A DNA stretch of 64,000 nucleotides from Tubulanus polymorphus (taxonomy: Eukaryota > Animalia > Nemertea), in contig NC_134036.1 in assembly GCF_964204645.1 (NCBI RefSeq), positions 7,662,612-7,726,611 on the forward strand. The letters run 5' to 3'. A program made the translations under genes and the position numbers. Under the pieces are notes generated by a model, which was not told where the DNA came from, searched no databases, and saw only the letters and a list, made by a program, of their open reading frames with translations. This document shows, in pieces, positions 24,970 through 38,200 of the stretch. Each line of letters opens with the position of its first letter. Positions within the stretch are counted from its first letter, which is position 1.

Positions 24970-25700
24970 ACGCCACCGACGGGAACTGCCAGGCAATGCC
25001 AGCGCACACTCCAGCGAAGCCCGAAGCTCCGACGGCGCATCCCGACGACGGCCCGAGTTGGACTCGGCCCGTCAGCACGCTCGACCCTTCTTCGGTCAAT
25101 TTGCGACGAGAGCCGCGATTGTTACTACTCATTTCTAGACGCCGTACCGTACGGTGCGAACGCAAGTCCACAATATGGACATTGCCGATACTCGATAACT
25201 CACCTAACGCGCAAACTTGGCGTTCGGAATTCGAACCATAGCGTTCGGGCCGACCCACAGGACAGCTTTGGTCTATGTCGGACGAGGGCAGGGTCGGACG
25301 CGTACATTCGACGGTGCACAGCGAACGACATTTTAGGAACACCCTAGGGCACGAGTCACGGCATTGAACCCTCACTGCTCGGCGCACCCATCATCGGTGT
25401 GAACTTACTCTCCCGAACGCGGACAAAAATCCTCACTACAGAAACGCGCGGCCCCACACGCACGAAAATCGAGGATAGTGGAAGGTCATCGAACATCCCG
25501 GACGCCACCACGGCAGCGACGGCGGCCAGCTCAGAGACGCGACCATGTAGAATTTACGAACGACGCTCGTCAACGAACGACATACCACGAATGTATATAG
25601 CAAAATCCGCTATGACCGTTCTCGTCTGATACTTCGTGCTCTACTCGTCCGTTTAGAGTCTGGACTCTTATCGATACTCAACTCTACTCGACGACCACTC
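24970..25700. repeat. Diverged, internally deleted fifth copy of the 1287-bp unit
   Basis: Colinear with the unit from CCACCGACGGGAACTGCCAGG onward with many substitutions. About 300 bp are missing before GTATATAGCAAA (25593) and the subrepeat is absent. Confidence 0.9.
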
Positions 25701-26017
25701 AACTGGACGACCACGGGCCTCTCTCCGTGTCTCTCTTGAGGCGACCGCACCACAACCGTCGACCGACCGGCCGACCGACCGCCCCTATCCCCCGCGCAGC
25801 CACGGTTACCGGCCTGCCACAGGACCGCGTGGCGTTCGACCGTCAGGCCACTCGGCACTCGGTCATTTTTCGCCACCTGACTCTCTTGGCCGCCACCGTC
25901 GACCGGCCGAGCGAGCGCGCAACCGCCCTGGACCGACCGAACGGGACGAACCGGGCAGTGCATGGCTCGCGCGCCGCGTCGAGCCATCCGAGCGCGGCCG
26001 ATTGTTACGTGCGGACA

Positions 26018-26040
26018 CCGTCCCCCTGTATATAGCAAAC
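26018..26040 (-). promoter_or_regulatory. Candidate Pol I initiation-like motif GTTTGCTATATACAGGGGGACGG
   Basis: The same 12-mer as in the long units but in otherwise unrelated sequence. It resembles the TATATAGGG-type rDNA initiation sites of plants and some arthropods. Confidence 0.4.
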
Positions 26041-26077
26041 ACGTAAGCGATCAATCTCGTCCAAGCCTCGCTCGACT

Positions 26078-26078
26078 T

Positions 26079-26158
<80 letters not shown>
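26078..26158. repeat. (CT)n/(AG)n microsatellite
   Basis: About 40 CT units directly before the inverted SatA monomer. Confidence 0.97.
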
Positions 26159-26159
<1 letters not shown>

Positions 26160-26290
26160 AAAAAAAAACGACTAAGTGCTGACCGGGCCTTGATCAGCGT
26201 TACGACCCAGTGCAGTGATGGAGGGAGGGAGGCAGTAGGTCGGTCCATCCGTTCGTCAGTGTGCCGGCGGTGGTTGTTCGAAAAACGACA
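26158..26290 (-). repeat. Inverted SatA segment of about one monomer (fold-back arm)
   Basis: AAAAACGACTAAGTGCTGACCGGGCCTTGATCAGCGTTACGACCC...GTTGTTCGAAAAACGAC is the reverse complement of SatA. It abuts the forward array at GAC-AA-GTC (26287-26294). Confidence 0.97.
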
Positions 26291-29200
26291 AGTCGTTTTT
26301 CGAACAACAACCGCCGACACACTGACTAACGGATGGACGACCGACCTACTGCCTCCCTCCCTCCCTCCCTCAAAGCGCCGGGTCGTAACGCTGATCAAGG
26401 CCCGGTCAGCACTTAGTCGTTTTTCGAACAACCACCGCCGGCACACTGACGAACGGATGGACGACCGACCTACTGCCTCCCTCCCTCCCTCCCTCACAGC
26501 ACCGGGTCGTAACGCTGATCAAGGCCCGGTCAGCACTTAGTCGTTTTTCGAACAACCAACTCTGCCGGCACACTGACGAACGGACGGACGACCGACCTAC
26601 TGTCCCCTCCCTCCCACACCGCTCCGGGTCGTAACGCTGATCAAGGCCCGGTCAGCACTTAGTCGTTTTTCGAACAACAACCACCGACACACTGACTAAC
26701 GGGCGGACGACTGTCCTAGTGCCTCCCTCCCTCCCTCACTCCACCGGGTCGTAACGCTGATCAAGGCCCGGTCAGCACTTAGTCGTTTTTCGAACTACCA
26801 CCGCCGGCACACTGACGAACGAACGGACGACCGACCTACTGCCACCCTCCCTCCCTTCCTGACCGGTGCCGGGTCGTAACGCTGATCATGGCCCGGTCAG
26901 CACTTAGTCGTTTTTCGAACAACCACCGCCGGCACACTGACGAACGGATGGACGACCGACCTACTGCTTCCCTCCCTCCCTCCCTCACTGCTCCGGGTCG
27001 TAACGCTTATCAAGGCCCGGTCAGCACTTAGTCGTTTTTCGAACAACCAGCACTGCCGGCACACTGACGAACGGACGGATGACCAACCTACTGCCTCCCT
27101 CCCTCACTGCACCGGGTCGTAACGCTGATCAAGGCCCGGTCAGCACTTAGTCGTTTTTCGAACAACCACCAGCGGCACACTGGCGAACGGACGGACGACC
27201 GACCTACTGCCTCCCTCCCTCCCTCACTGCTCCGGGTCGTAACGCTGATCAAGGCCCGGTCAGCACTTAGTCGTTTTTCGAACAACCACCAGCTGCACAC
27301 TGGCGAACGGACGGACGACCGACCTACTGCCTCCCTCCCTCCCTCACTGCACCGGGTCGTAACGCTGATCAAGGCCCGGTCAGCACTTAGTCGTTTTTCG
27401 AACTACCACCGCCGGCACACTGACGAACGGATGGACGACCGACCTACTGCCTCCCTCCCTCCCTCCCTCACTGCACCGGGTCGTAACGCTGATCAAGGCC
27501 CGCTCAGCACTTAGTCGTTTTTCGAACAACCACCAGCGGCACACTGGCGAACGGACGGACGACCGACCTACTGCCTCCCTCCCTCCCTCCCTCACTGCAC
27601 CGGGTCGTAACGCTGATCAAGGCCCGGTCAGCACTTAGTCGTTTTTCGAACAACAACCGCCGGCACACTGACGAACGGACGGACGACCGACCTACTGCCT
27701 CCCTCCCTCCCTCACTGCACCGGGTCGTAACGCTGATCAAGGCCCGGTCAGAACTTAGTCGTTTTTCGAACTACCACCGCCGGCACACTGACGAACGAAC
27801 GGACGACCGACCTACTGCCACCCTCCTTCCCTTCCTGACCGGTGCCGGGTCGTAACGCTGTTCATGGCCCGGTCAGCACTTAGTCGTTTTTCGAACAACA
27901 ACCGCCGACACACTGACTAACGGGCGGACGACTGTCCTAGTGCCTCCCTCCCTCCCTCACTGCACCGGGTCGTAACGCTGTTCATGGCCCGGTCAGCACT
28001 TAGTCGTTTTTCGAACAGCAACCGCCGACACACTGACTAACGGGCGGACGACGGACCTACTGCCTCCCTCCCTCCCTCCCTCACTGCACCGGGTCGTAAC
28101 GCTGATCAAGGCCCGGTCAGCACTTAGTCGTTTTTCGAACTACCACCGCCGGCACACTGACGAACGAACGGACGACCGACCTACTGCCACCCTCCCTCCC
28201 GCCCTGACCGGTGCCGGGTCGTAACGCTGTTCATGGCCCGGTCAGCACTTAGTCGTTTTTCGAACAACCACCGACGGCACACTGACGAACGGATGGACGA
28301 CCGACTTACTGCCTCCCTCCCTCCCTCCCTGACCAGCGCCGGGTCGTAACGCTGATTAAGGCCCGGACAGCCCTTAGTCATTTTTCGAACAACCATCACT
28401 GCCGGCACACTGACAAACGGACGGACGACCGACCTACTGCCTCCCTCCCTCCCTCAATGCTCCGGGTCGTAACGCTGATCAAGGCCCGGTCAGCACTTAG
28501 TTGTTTTTCGAACAACCACCAGCGGCACACTGGCGAACGGACGGACGACCGACCTACTGCCTCCCTCCCTCCCTCACTGCTCCGGGTCGTAACGCTGATC
28601 AAGTCCCGGTCAGCACTTAGTCGTTTTTCGAACAACCACCGCCGGCACACTGACGAACGGACGGACGACCGACCTACTGCCTCCCTCCCTCCCTCCCTGA
28701 CCGGTGCCGGGGCGTAACGCTGATCAAGGCCCGGTCAGCACTTAGTCGTTTTTCGAACAACCACCACCGGCACACTGACGAACGGATGGACGACCGACCT
28801 ACTGCCTCCCTCCCTCCCTCCCTCACAGCACCGGGTCGTAACGCTGATCAAGGCCCGGTCAGCACTTAGTCGTTTTTCGAACAACCACCGCCGGCACACT
28901 GACGAACGGATGGACGACCGACCTACTGCCTCCCTCCCTCCCTCTCTCACTGCGCCGGGTCGTAACGCTGATCAAGGCCCGGTCAGCCCTTAGTCGTTTT
29001 TCGAACAACCACCGCCGGCGCACTGACGACCGGACGGACGACCGACGTACTGCCTCCCTCCCTCCCTCACTGCACCGGGTCGTAACGCTGATCAAGGCCC
29101 GGTCAGCACTTAGTCGTTTTTCGAACAACCACCGCCGGCACACTGACGAACGGACGGACGATCGACCTACTGCCTCCCTCCCTCCCTCCCTGACCGGTGC

Positions 29201-32200
29201 CGGGTCGTAACGCTGATCAAGGCCCGGTCAGCACTTAGTCGTTTTTCGAACAACCACCGCCGGCACACTGACGAACGGATGGACGACCGACCTACTGCCT
29301 CCCTCCCTCCCTCCCTGACCGGTGCCGGGTCGTAACGCTGATCAAGGCCCGGTCAGCACTTAGTTGTTTTTCGAACAACCACCGCCGGCACACTGACAAA
29401 CGGACGGACGACCGACCTACTGCCTCCCTCCCTCCCTCAATGCTCCGGGTTGTAACGCTGATCAAGGCCCGGTCAGAACTTAGTCGTTTTTCGAACAACC
29501 ACCAGCGGCACACTGACGAACGGACGGACGACCGACCTACTGCCTCCCTCCCTCCCTCCCTGACCGGTGCCGGGTCGTAACGCTGATCAAGGCCCGGTCA
29601 GCACTTAGTCGTTTTTCGAACAACAACCGCCGACACACTGACTAACGGGCGGACGACTGTCCTAGTGCCTCCCTCCCTCCCTCAATGCACCGGGTCGTAA
29701 CGCTGATCAAGGCCCGCTCAGCACTTAGTCGTTTTTCGAACAACCACCGCCGGCACAATGACGAACGGACGGACGACCGACCTACTGCCTCCCTCCCTCC
29801 CTCCCTGACCGGTGCCGGGTCGTAACGCTGTTCATGGCCCGGTCAGCACTTAGTCGTTTTTCGAACAACAACCGCCGACACACTGACTAACGGGCGGACG
29901 ACTGTCCTAGTGCCTCCCTCCCTCCCTCACTGCACCGGGTCGTAACGCTGATCATGGCCCGGTCAGCACTTAGTCGTTTTTCGAACAACCACCGCCGGCA
30001 CACTGACGAACGGATGGACGACCGACCTACTGCCTCCCTCCCTCCCTCCCTCACTGCGCCGGGTCGTAACGCTGATCAAGGCCCGGTCAGCACTTAGTCG
30101 TTTTTCGAACAACCACCGCCGGCACACTGACGAACGGATGGACGACCGACCTACTGCCTCCCTCCCTCCCTCCCTCCCTCACAGCACCGGGTCGTAACGC
30201 TGATCAAGGCCCGGTCAGCACTTAGTCGTTTTTCGAACAACCAACTCTGCCGGCACACTGACGAACGGACGGACGACCGACCTACTGTCCCCCTCCCTCC
30301 CACACCGCTCCGGGTCGTAACGCTGATCAAGGCCCGGTCAGCACTTAGTCGTTTTTCGAACTACCACCGCCGGCACACTGACCAACGAACGGACGACCGA
30401 CCTACTGCCTCCCTCCCTCCCTCCCTGACCGGTGCCGGGTCGTAACGCTGATTAAGGCCCGGTCAGCACTTAGTCGTTTTTCGAACAACCACCGCCGGCA
30501 CACTGACGAACGGACGGACGACCGACCTACTGCCACCCTCCCTCCCTTCCTGACCGGTGCCGGGTCGTAACGCTGATTAAGGCCCGGTCAGCACTTAGTC
30601 GTTTTTCGAACAACCACCGCCGGCACACTGACGAACGGACGGACGACCGACCTACTGCCACCCTCCCTCCCTTCCTGACCGGTGCCGGGTCGTAACGCTG
30701 TTCATGGCCCGGTCAGCACTTAGTCGTTTTTCGAACAACAACCGCCGACACACTGACTAACGGGCGGATGACTGTCCTAGTGCCTCCCTCCCTCCCTCAC
30801 TGCACCGGGTCGTAACGCTGATCAAGGCCCGGTCAGCACTTAGTCGTTTTTCGAACAACCAGCGCCGGCACACTGACGAACGGATGGACGACCGACCTAC
30901 TGCCTCCCTCCCTCCCTCCCTCACAGCACCGGGTCGTAACGCTGATCAAGGCCCGGTCAGCACTTAGTCGTTTTTCGAACAACCAACTCTGCCGGCACAC
31001 TGACGAACGGACGGACGACCGACCTACTGTCCCCCTCCCTCCCACACTGCTCCGGGTCGTAACGCTGATCAAGGCCCGGTCAGCACTTAGTCGTTTTTCG
31101 AACTACCACCGCCGGCACACTGACCAACGAACGGACGACCGACCTACTGCCACCCTCCCTCCCTTCCTGACCGGTGCCGGGTCGTAACGCTGTGCATGGC
31201 CCGGTCAGCACTTAGTCGTTTTTCGAACAACCACCGCCGGCACACTGACGACTGGACGGACGACCGACCTACTGCCTCCCTCCCTCCCTCACTGCACCGG
31301 GTCGTAACGCTGATCTAGGCCCAGTCAGCACTTAGTCGTTTTTCGAACTACCACCGCCGGCACACTGACGGACGGATGGACGACCGACCTACTGCCTCCC
31401 TCCCTCCCGCCCTTACCAGTGCCGGGTTGTAACGCTGATCAAGGCCCGGTCAGCCCTTAGTCATTTTTCGAACAACCATCACTGCCGGCACACTGACAAA
31501 CGGACGGACGACCGACTTACTGCCTGCCTCCTCCCTCCCTCAATGCTCCGGGTCGTAACGCTGATCAAGGCCCGGTCAGCACTTAGTCGTTTTTCGAACT
31601 ACCACCGCCGGCACAATGACGAACGGACGGACGACCGACCTACTGCCTCCCTCCCTCCCGCCCTTACCAGTGCCGGGTTGTAACGCTGATCAAGGCCCGG
31701 TCAGCCCTTAGTCATTTTTCGAACAACCATCACTGCCGGCACACTGACAAACGGACGGACGACCGACCTACTGCCTCCCTCCCTCCCTCACTGCTCCGGG
31801 TCGTAACGCTGATCAAGGCCCGGTCAGCACTTAGTCGTTTTTCGAACAACCACCGCCGGTACACTGACGAACGGACGGACGACCGACCTACTGCCTCCCT
31901 CCCTCCCTCCCTGACCGGTGCCGGGTCGTAACGCTGATTAAGGCCCGGTCAGCACTTAGTCGTTTTTCGAACAACCACCGCCGGCACACTGACGAACGGA
32001 CGGACGACCGACCTACTGCCACCCTCCCTCCCTTCCTGACCGGTGCCGGGTCGTAACGCTGATTAAGGCCCGGTCAGCACTTAGTCGTTTTTCGAACAAC
32101 AACCGCCGACACACTGACTAACGGGCGGATGACTGTCCTAGTGCCTCCCTCCCTCCCTCACTGCACCGGGTCGTAACGCTGATCAAGGCCCGGTCAGCAC

Positions 32201-35200
32201 TTAGTCGTTTTTCGAACAACCACCGCCGGCACACTGACGAACGGATGGACGACCGACCTACTGCCTCCCTCCCTCCCTCCCTCACTGCGCCGGGTCGTGA
32301 CGCTGATCAAGGCCCGGTCAGCACTTAGTCGTTTTTCGAACAACCACCACCGGCACACTGACGAACGGATGGACGACCGACCTACTGCCTCTCTCCCTCC
32401 CTCCCTCACAGCACCGGGTCGTAACGCTGATCAAGGCCCGGTCAGCACTTAGTCGTTTTTCGAACAACCAACTCTGCCGGCACACTGACGAACGGACGGA
32501 CGACCGACCTACTGCCCCCCTCCCTCCCACACTGCTCTGGGTCGTAACGCTGATCAAGGCCCGGTCAGCACATAGTCGTTTTTCGAACTACCACCGCCGG
32601 CACACTGACCAACGAACGGACGACCGACCTACTGCCTCCCTCCCTCCCTCCCTGACCGGTGCCGGGTCGTAACGCTGATCAAGGCCCGGTCAGCACTTAG
32701 TCGTTTTTCGAACTACCACCGCCGGCACACTGACGAACGAACGGACGACCGACCTACTGCCACCCTCCCTCCCTTCCTGACCGGTGCCGGGTCGTAACGC
32801 TGTTCATGGCCCGGTCAGCACTTAGTCGTTTTTCGAACAGCAACCGCCGACACACTGACTAACGGGTGGACGACGGACCTACTGCCTCCCTCCCTCCCTC
32901 CCTCACTGCACCGGGTCGTAACGCTGATCAAGGCCCGGTCAGCACTTAGTCGTTTTTCGAACTACCACCGCCGGCACACTGACGAACGAACGGACGACCG
33001 ACCTACTGCCACCCTCCCTCCCTTCCTGACCGGTGCCGGGTCGTAACGCTGATTAAGGCCCGGTCAGCACTTAGTCGTTTTTCGAACAACCAACTCTGCC
33101 GGCACACTGACGAACGGACGGACGACCGACCTACTGCCCCCCTCCCTCCCACACTGCTCTGGGTCGTAACGCTGATCAAGGCCCGGTCAGCACATAGTCG
33201 TTTTTCGAACTACCACCGCCGGCACACTGACCAACGAACGGACGACCGACCTACTGCCACCCTCCCTCCCTTCCTGACCGGTGCCGGGTCGTAACGCTGT
33301 TCACGGCCCGGTCAGCACTTAGTCGTTTTTCGAACAACAACCGCCGACACACTGACTAACGGGCGGACGACTGTCCTAGTGCCTCCCTCCCTCCCACACT
33401 GCTCTGGGTCGTAACGCTGATCAAGGCCCGGTCAGCACTTAGTCGTTTTTCGAACTACCACCGCCGGCACACTGACCAACGAACGGACGACCGACCTACT
33501 GCCACCCTCCCTCCCTTCCTGACCGGTGCCGGGTCGTAACGCTGTTCACGGCCCGGTCAGCACTTAGTCGTTTTTCGAACAACAACCGCCGACACACTGA
33601 CTAACGGGAGGACGACTGTCCTAGTGCCTCCCTCCCTCCCTCACTGCACCGGGTCGTAACGCTGATCAAGGCCCGGTCAGCACTTAGTGGTTTTTCGAAC
33701 AACCACCAGCGGCACACTGGCGAACGGACGGACGACCGACCTACTGCCTCCCTCCCTCCCTCACTGCTCCGGGTCGTAACGCTGATCAAGGCCCGGTCAG
33801 CACTTAGTCGTTTTTCGAACAACCACCAGCGGCACACTGGCGAACGGACGGACGACCGACCTACTGCCTCCCTCCCTCCCTCACTGCACCGGGTCGTAAC
33901 GCTGATCAAGGCCCGGTCAGCACTTAGTCGTTTTTCGAACTACCACCGCCGGCACACTGACGAACGAACGGACGACCGACCTACTGCCACCCTCCCTCCC
34001 TTCCTGACCGGTCCCGGGTCGTAACGCTGTTCATGGCCCGGTCAGCACTTAGTCGTTTTTCGAACAACAACCGCCGACACACTGACTAACGGGCGGACGA
34101 CGGACCTACTGTCTCCCTCCCTCCCTCCCTAACTGCACCGGGTCGTAAGGCTGATCAAGGCCCGGTCAGCACTTAGTCGTTTTTCGAACAACCACCGCCG
34201 GCACACTGACGACCGGACGGACGACCGACCTACTGCCTCCCTCCCTCCCTCCCTCCCTCACTGCACCGGGTCGTAACGCTGATCAAGGCCCGGTCAGCAC
34301 TTAGTCGTTTTTCGAACTACCACCGCCGGCACACTGACGAACGGATGGACGACCGACCTACTGCCTCCCTCCCTCCCTCAATGCTCCGGGTCGTAACGCT
34401 GATCAAGGCCCGGTCAGCACTTAGTCGTTTTTCGAACAACAACCGCCGACACACTGACTAACGGGCGGACGACTGTCCTACTGCCACCCTCCCTCCCTCA
34501 CTGCACCGGGTCGTAACGCTGTTCACGGCCCGGTCAGCACTTAGTCGTTTTTCGAACAACAACCGCCGACACACTGACTAACGGGCGGACGACTGTCCTA
34601 GTGCCTCCCTCCCTCCCACACTGCTCTGGGTCGTAACGCTGATCAAGGCCCGGTCAGCACTTAGTCGTTTTTCGAACTACCACCGCCGGCACACTGACCA
34701 ACGAACGGACGACCGACCTACTGCCACCCTCCCTCCCTTCCTGACCGGTGCCGGGTCGTAACGCTGTTCACGGCCCGGTCAGCACTTAGTCGTTTTTCGA
34801 ACAACAACCGCCGACACACTGACTAACGGGCGGACGACTGTCCTAGTGCCTCCCTCCCTCCCTCACTGCACCGGGTCGTAACGCTGATCAAGGCCCGGTC
34901 AGCACTTAGTCGTTTTTCGAACAACCACCAGCGGCACACTGGCGAACGGACGGACGACCGACCTACTGCCTCCCTCCCTCCCTCACTGCTCCGGGTCGTA
35001 TCGCTGATCAAGGCCCGGTCAGCCCTTAGTCGTTTTTCGAACAACCATCACTGCCGGCACACTGACAAACGGACGGACGACCGACCTACTGCCTCCCTCC
35101 CTCCCTCAATGCTCCGGGTCGTAACGCTGATCAAGGCCCGGTCAGCACTTAGTCGTTTTTCGAACAACCACCGCCGGCACACTGGCGAACGGACAGACGA

Positions 35201-38200
35201 CCGACCTACTGCCTCCCTCCCTCCCTCACTGCTCCGGGTCGTAACGCTGATCAAGGCCCGGTCAGCACTTAGTCGTTTTTCGAACAACCACCGCCGGCAC
35301 ACTGACGAACGGACGGACGACCGACCTACTGCCTCCCTCCCTCCCTCCCTGACCGGTGCCGGGTCGTAACGCTGATTAAGGCCCGGTCAGCCCTTAGTCG
35401 TTTTTCGAACAACCATCACTGCCGGCACACTGACAAACGGACGGACCACCGACCTACTGCCACCCTCCCTCCCTTCCTGACCGGTGCCGGGTCGTAACGC
35501 TGTTCATGGCCCGGTCAGCACTTAGTCGTTTTTCGAACAGCAACCGCCGACACACTGACTAACGGGTGGACGACGGACCTACTGCCTCCCTCCCTCCCTC
35601 CCTCCCTCCCTAACTGCACCGGGTCGTAACGCTGATCAAGGCCCGGTCAGCACTTAGTCGTTTTTCGAACAACCACCGCCGGCACACTGACGAACGGATG
35701 GACGACCGACCTACTGCCTCCCTCCCTCCCTCCCTCACTGCGCCGGGTCGTAACGCTGATCAAGGCCCGGTCAGCACTTAGTCGTTTTTCGAACAACCAC
35801 CGCCGGCACACTGACGAACGGATGGACGACCGACCTACTGCCACCCTCCCTCCCTTCCTGACCGGTGCCGGGTCGTAACACTGATCAAGGCCCGGTCAGC
35901 ACTTAGTCGTTTTTCGAACAACCACCGCCGGCACACTGACGAACGGATGGACGACCGACCTACTGCCTCCCTCCCTCCCTCACAGCACCGGGTCGTAACG
36001 CTGATCAAGGCCCGGTCAGCACTTAGTCGTTTTTCGAACAACCAACTCTGCCGGCACACTGACGAACGGACGGACGACCGACCTACTGTCCCCCTCCCTC
36101 CCACACTGCTCCGGGTCGTAACGCTGATCAAGGCCCGGTCAGCACTTAGTCGTTTTTCGAACTACCACCGCCGGCACACTGACCAACGAACGGACGACCG
36201 ACCTACTGCCACCCTCCCTCCCTTCCTGACCGGTGCCGGGTCGTAACGCTGTGCATGGCCCGGTCAGCACTTAGTCGTTTTTCGAACAACCACCGCCGGC
36301 ACACTGACGACTGGACGGACGACCGACCTACTGCCTCCCTCCCTCCCTCACTGCACCGGGTCGTAACGCTGATCTAGGCCCGGTCAGCACTTAGTCGTTT
36401 TTCGAACTACCACCGCCGGCACACTGACGGACGGATGGACGACCGACCTACTGCCTCCCTCCCTCCCGCCCTGACCAGTGCCGGGTTGTAACGCTGATCA
36501 AGGCCCGGTCAGCCCTTAGTCATTTTTCGAACAACCATCACTGCCGGCACACTGACAAACGGACGGACGACCGACTTACTGCCTGCCTCCTCCCTCCCTC
36601 AATGCTCCGGGTCGTAACGCTGATCAAGGCCCGGTCAGCACTTAGTCGTTTTTCGAACTACCACCGCCGGCACAATGACGAACGGACGGACGACCGACCT
36701 ACTGCCTCCCTCCCTCCCTCCCTGACCGGTGCCGGGTCGTAACGCTGATCAAGGCCCGGTCAGCACTTAGTCGTTTTTCGAACAACCAGCGCCGGCACAC
36801 TGACGAACGGATGGACGACCGACCTACTGCCACCCTCCCTCCCTTCCTGACCGGTGCCGGGTCGTAACGCTGTTCATGGCCCGGTCAGCACTTAGTCGTT
36901 TTTCGAACAGCAACCGCCGACACACTGACTAACGGGCGGACGACGGACCTACTGCCTCCCTCCCTCCCTCCCTCACTGCACCGGGTCGTAACGCTGATCA
37001 AGGCCCGGTCAGCACTTAGTCGTTTTTCGAACTACCACCGCCGGCACACTGACGAACGAACGGACGACCGACCTACTGCCACCCTCCCTCCCTTCCTGAC
37101 CGGTGCCGGGTCGTAACGCTGTTCATGGCCCGGTCAGCACTTAGTCGTTTTTTGATCTACCACCGCCGGCACACTGACAAAGGATGGACGACCGACCTAC
37201 TACCTCCCTCCCTCCCTCCCTGACCAGCGCCGGGTCGTAACGCTGATTAAGGCCCGGTCAGCCCTTAGTCGTTTTTCGAACAACCACCGCCGGCACACTG
37301 ACGAACGGACGGAGGACCGACCTACTGCCTCCCTCCCTCCCTCACTGCACCGGGTCGTAACGCTGATCAAGGCCCGGTCAGCACTTAGTCGTTTTTTCGA
37401 ACTACCACCGCCGGCACACTGACGAACGGATGGACGACCGACCTACTGCCTCCCTCCCTCCCTCCCTGACCAGCGCCGGGTCGTAACGCTGATTAAGGCC
37501 CGGTCAGCCCTTAGTCGTTTTTCGAACAACCATCACTGCCGGCACACTGACAAACGGACGGACGACCGACCTACTGCCTCCCTCCCTCCCTCAATGCTCC
37601 GGGTCGTAACGCTGATCAAGGCCCGGTCAGCACTTAGTCGTTTTTCGAACAACCACCGCCGGCACACTGGCGAACGGACGGACGACCGACCTACTGCCTC
37701 CCTCCCTCCCTCACTGCTCCGGGTCGTAACGCTGATCAAGGCCCGGTCAGCACTTAGTCGTTTTTCGAACAACCACCGCCGGTACACTGACGAACGGACG
37801 GACGACCGACCTACTGCCTCCCTCCCTCCCTCCCTGACCGGTGCCGGGTCGTAACGCTGATTAAGGCCCGGTCAGCACTTAGTCGTTTTTCGAACAACCA
37901 CCGCCGGCACACTGACGAACGGACGGACGACCGACCTACTGCCACCCTCCCTCCCTTCCTGACCGGTGCCGGGTCGTAACGCTGATTAAGGCCCGGTCAG
38001 CACTTAGTCGTTTTTCGAACAACCACCGCCGGCACACTGACGAACGGACGGACGACCGACCTACTGCCACCCTCCCTCCCTTCCTGACCGGTGCCGGGTC
38101 GTAACGCTGTTCATGGCCCGGTCAGCACTTAGTCGTTTTTCGAACAACAACCGCCGCACACTGACGAACGGATGGACGACCGACCTACTGCCACCCTCCC

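Noticed and set aside
25225-25240. Pol III B-box-like GGTTCGAATTC on the - strand
   Set aside because: No convincing A box or cloverleaf, and the four homogeneous copies read GGATCGAATTC.
19884-26540. Overlapping ORFs of 60-190 aa in the GC-rich block
   Set aside because: Arg/Pro-rich, present in many frames on both strands, no recognisable motifs, and frames are not kept in the diverged fifth copy.
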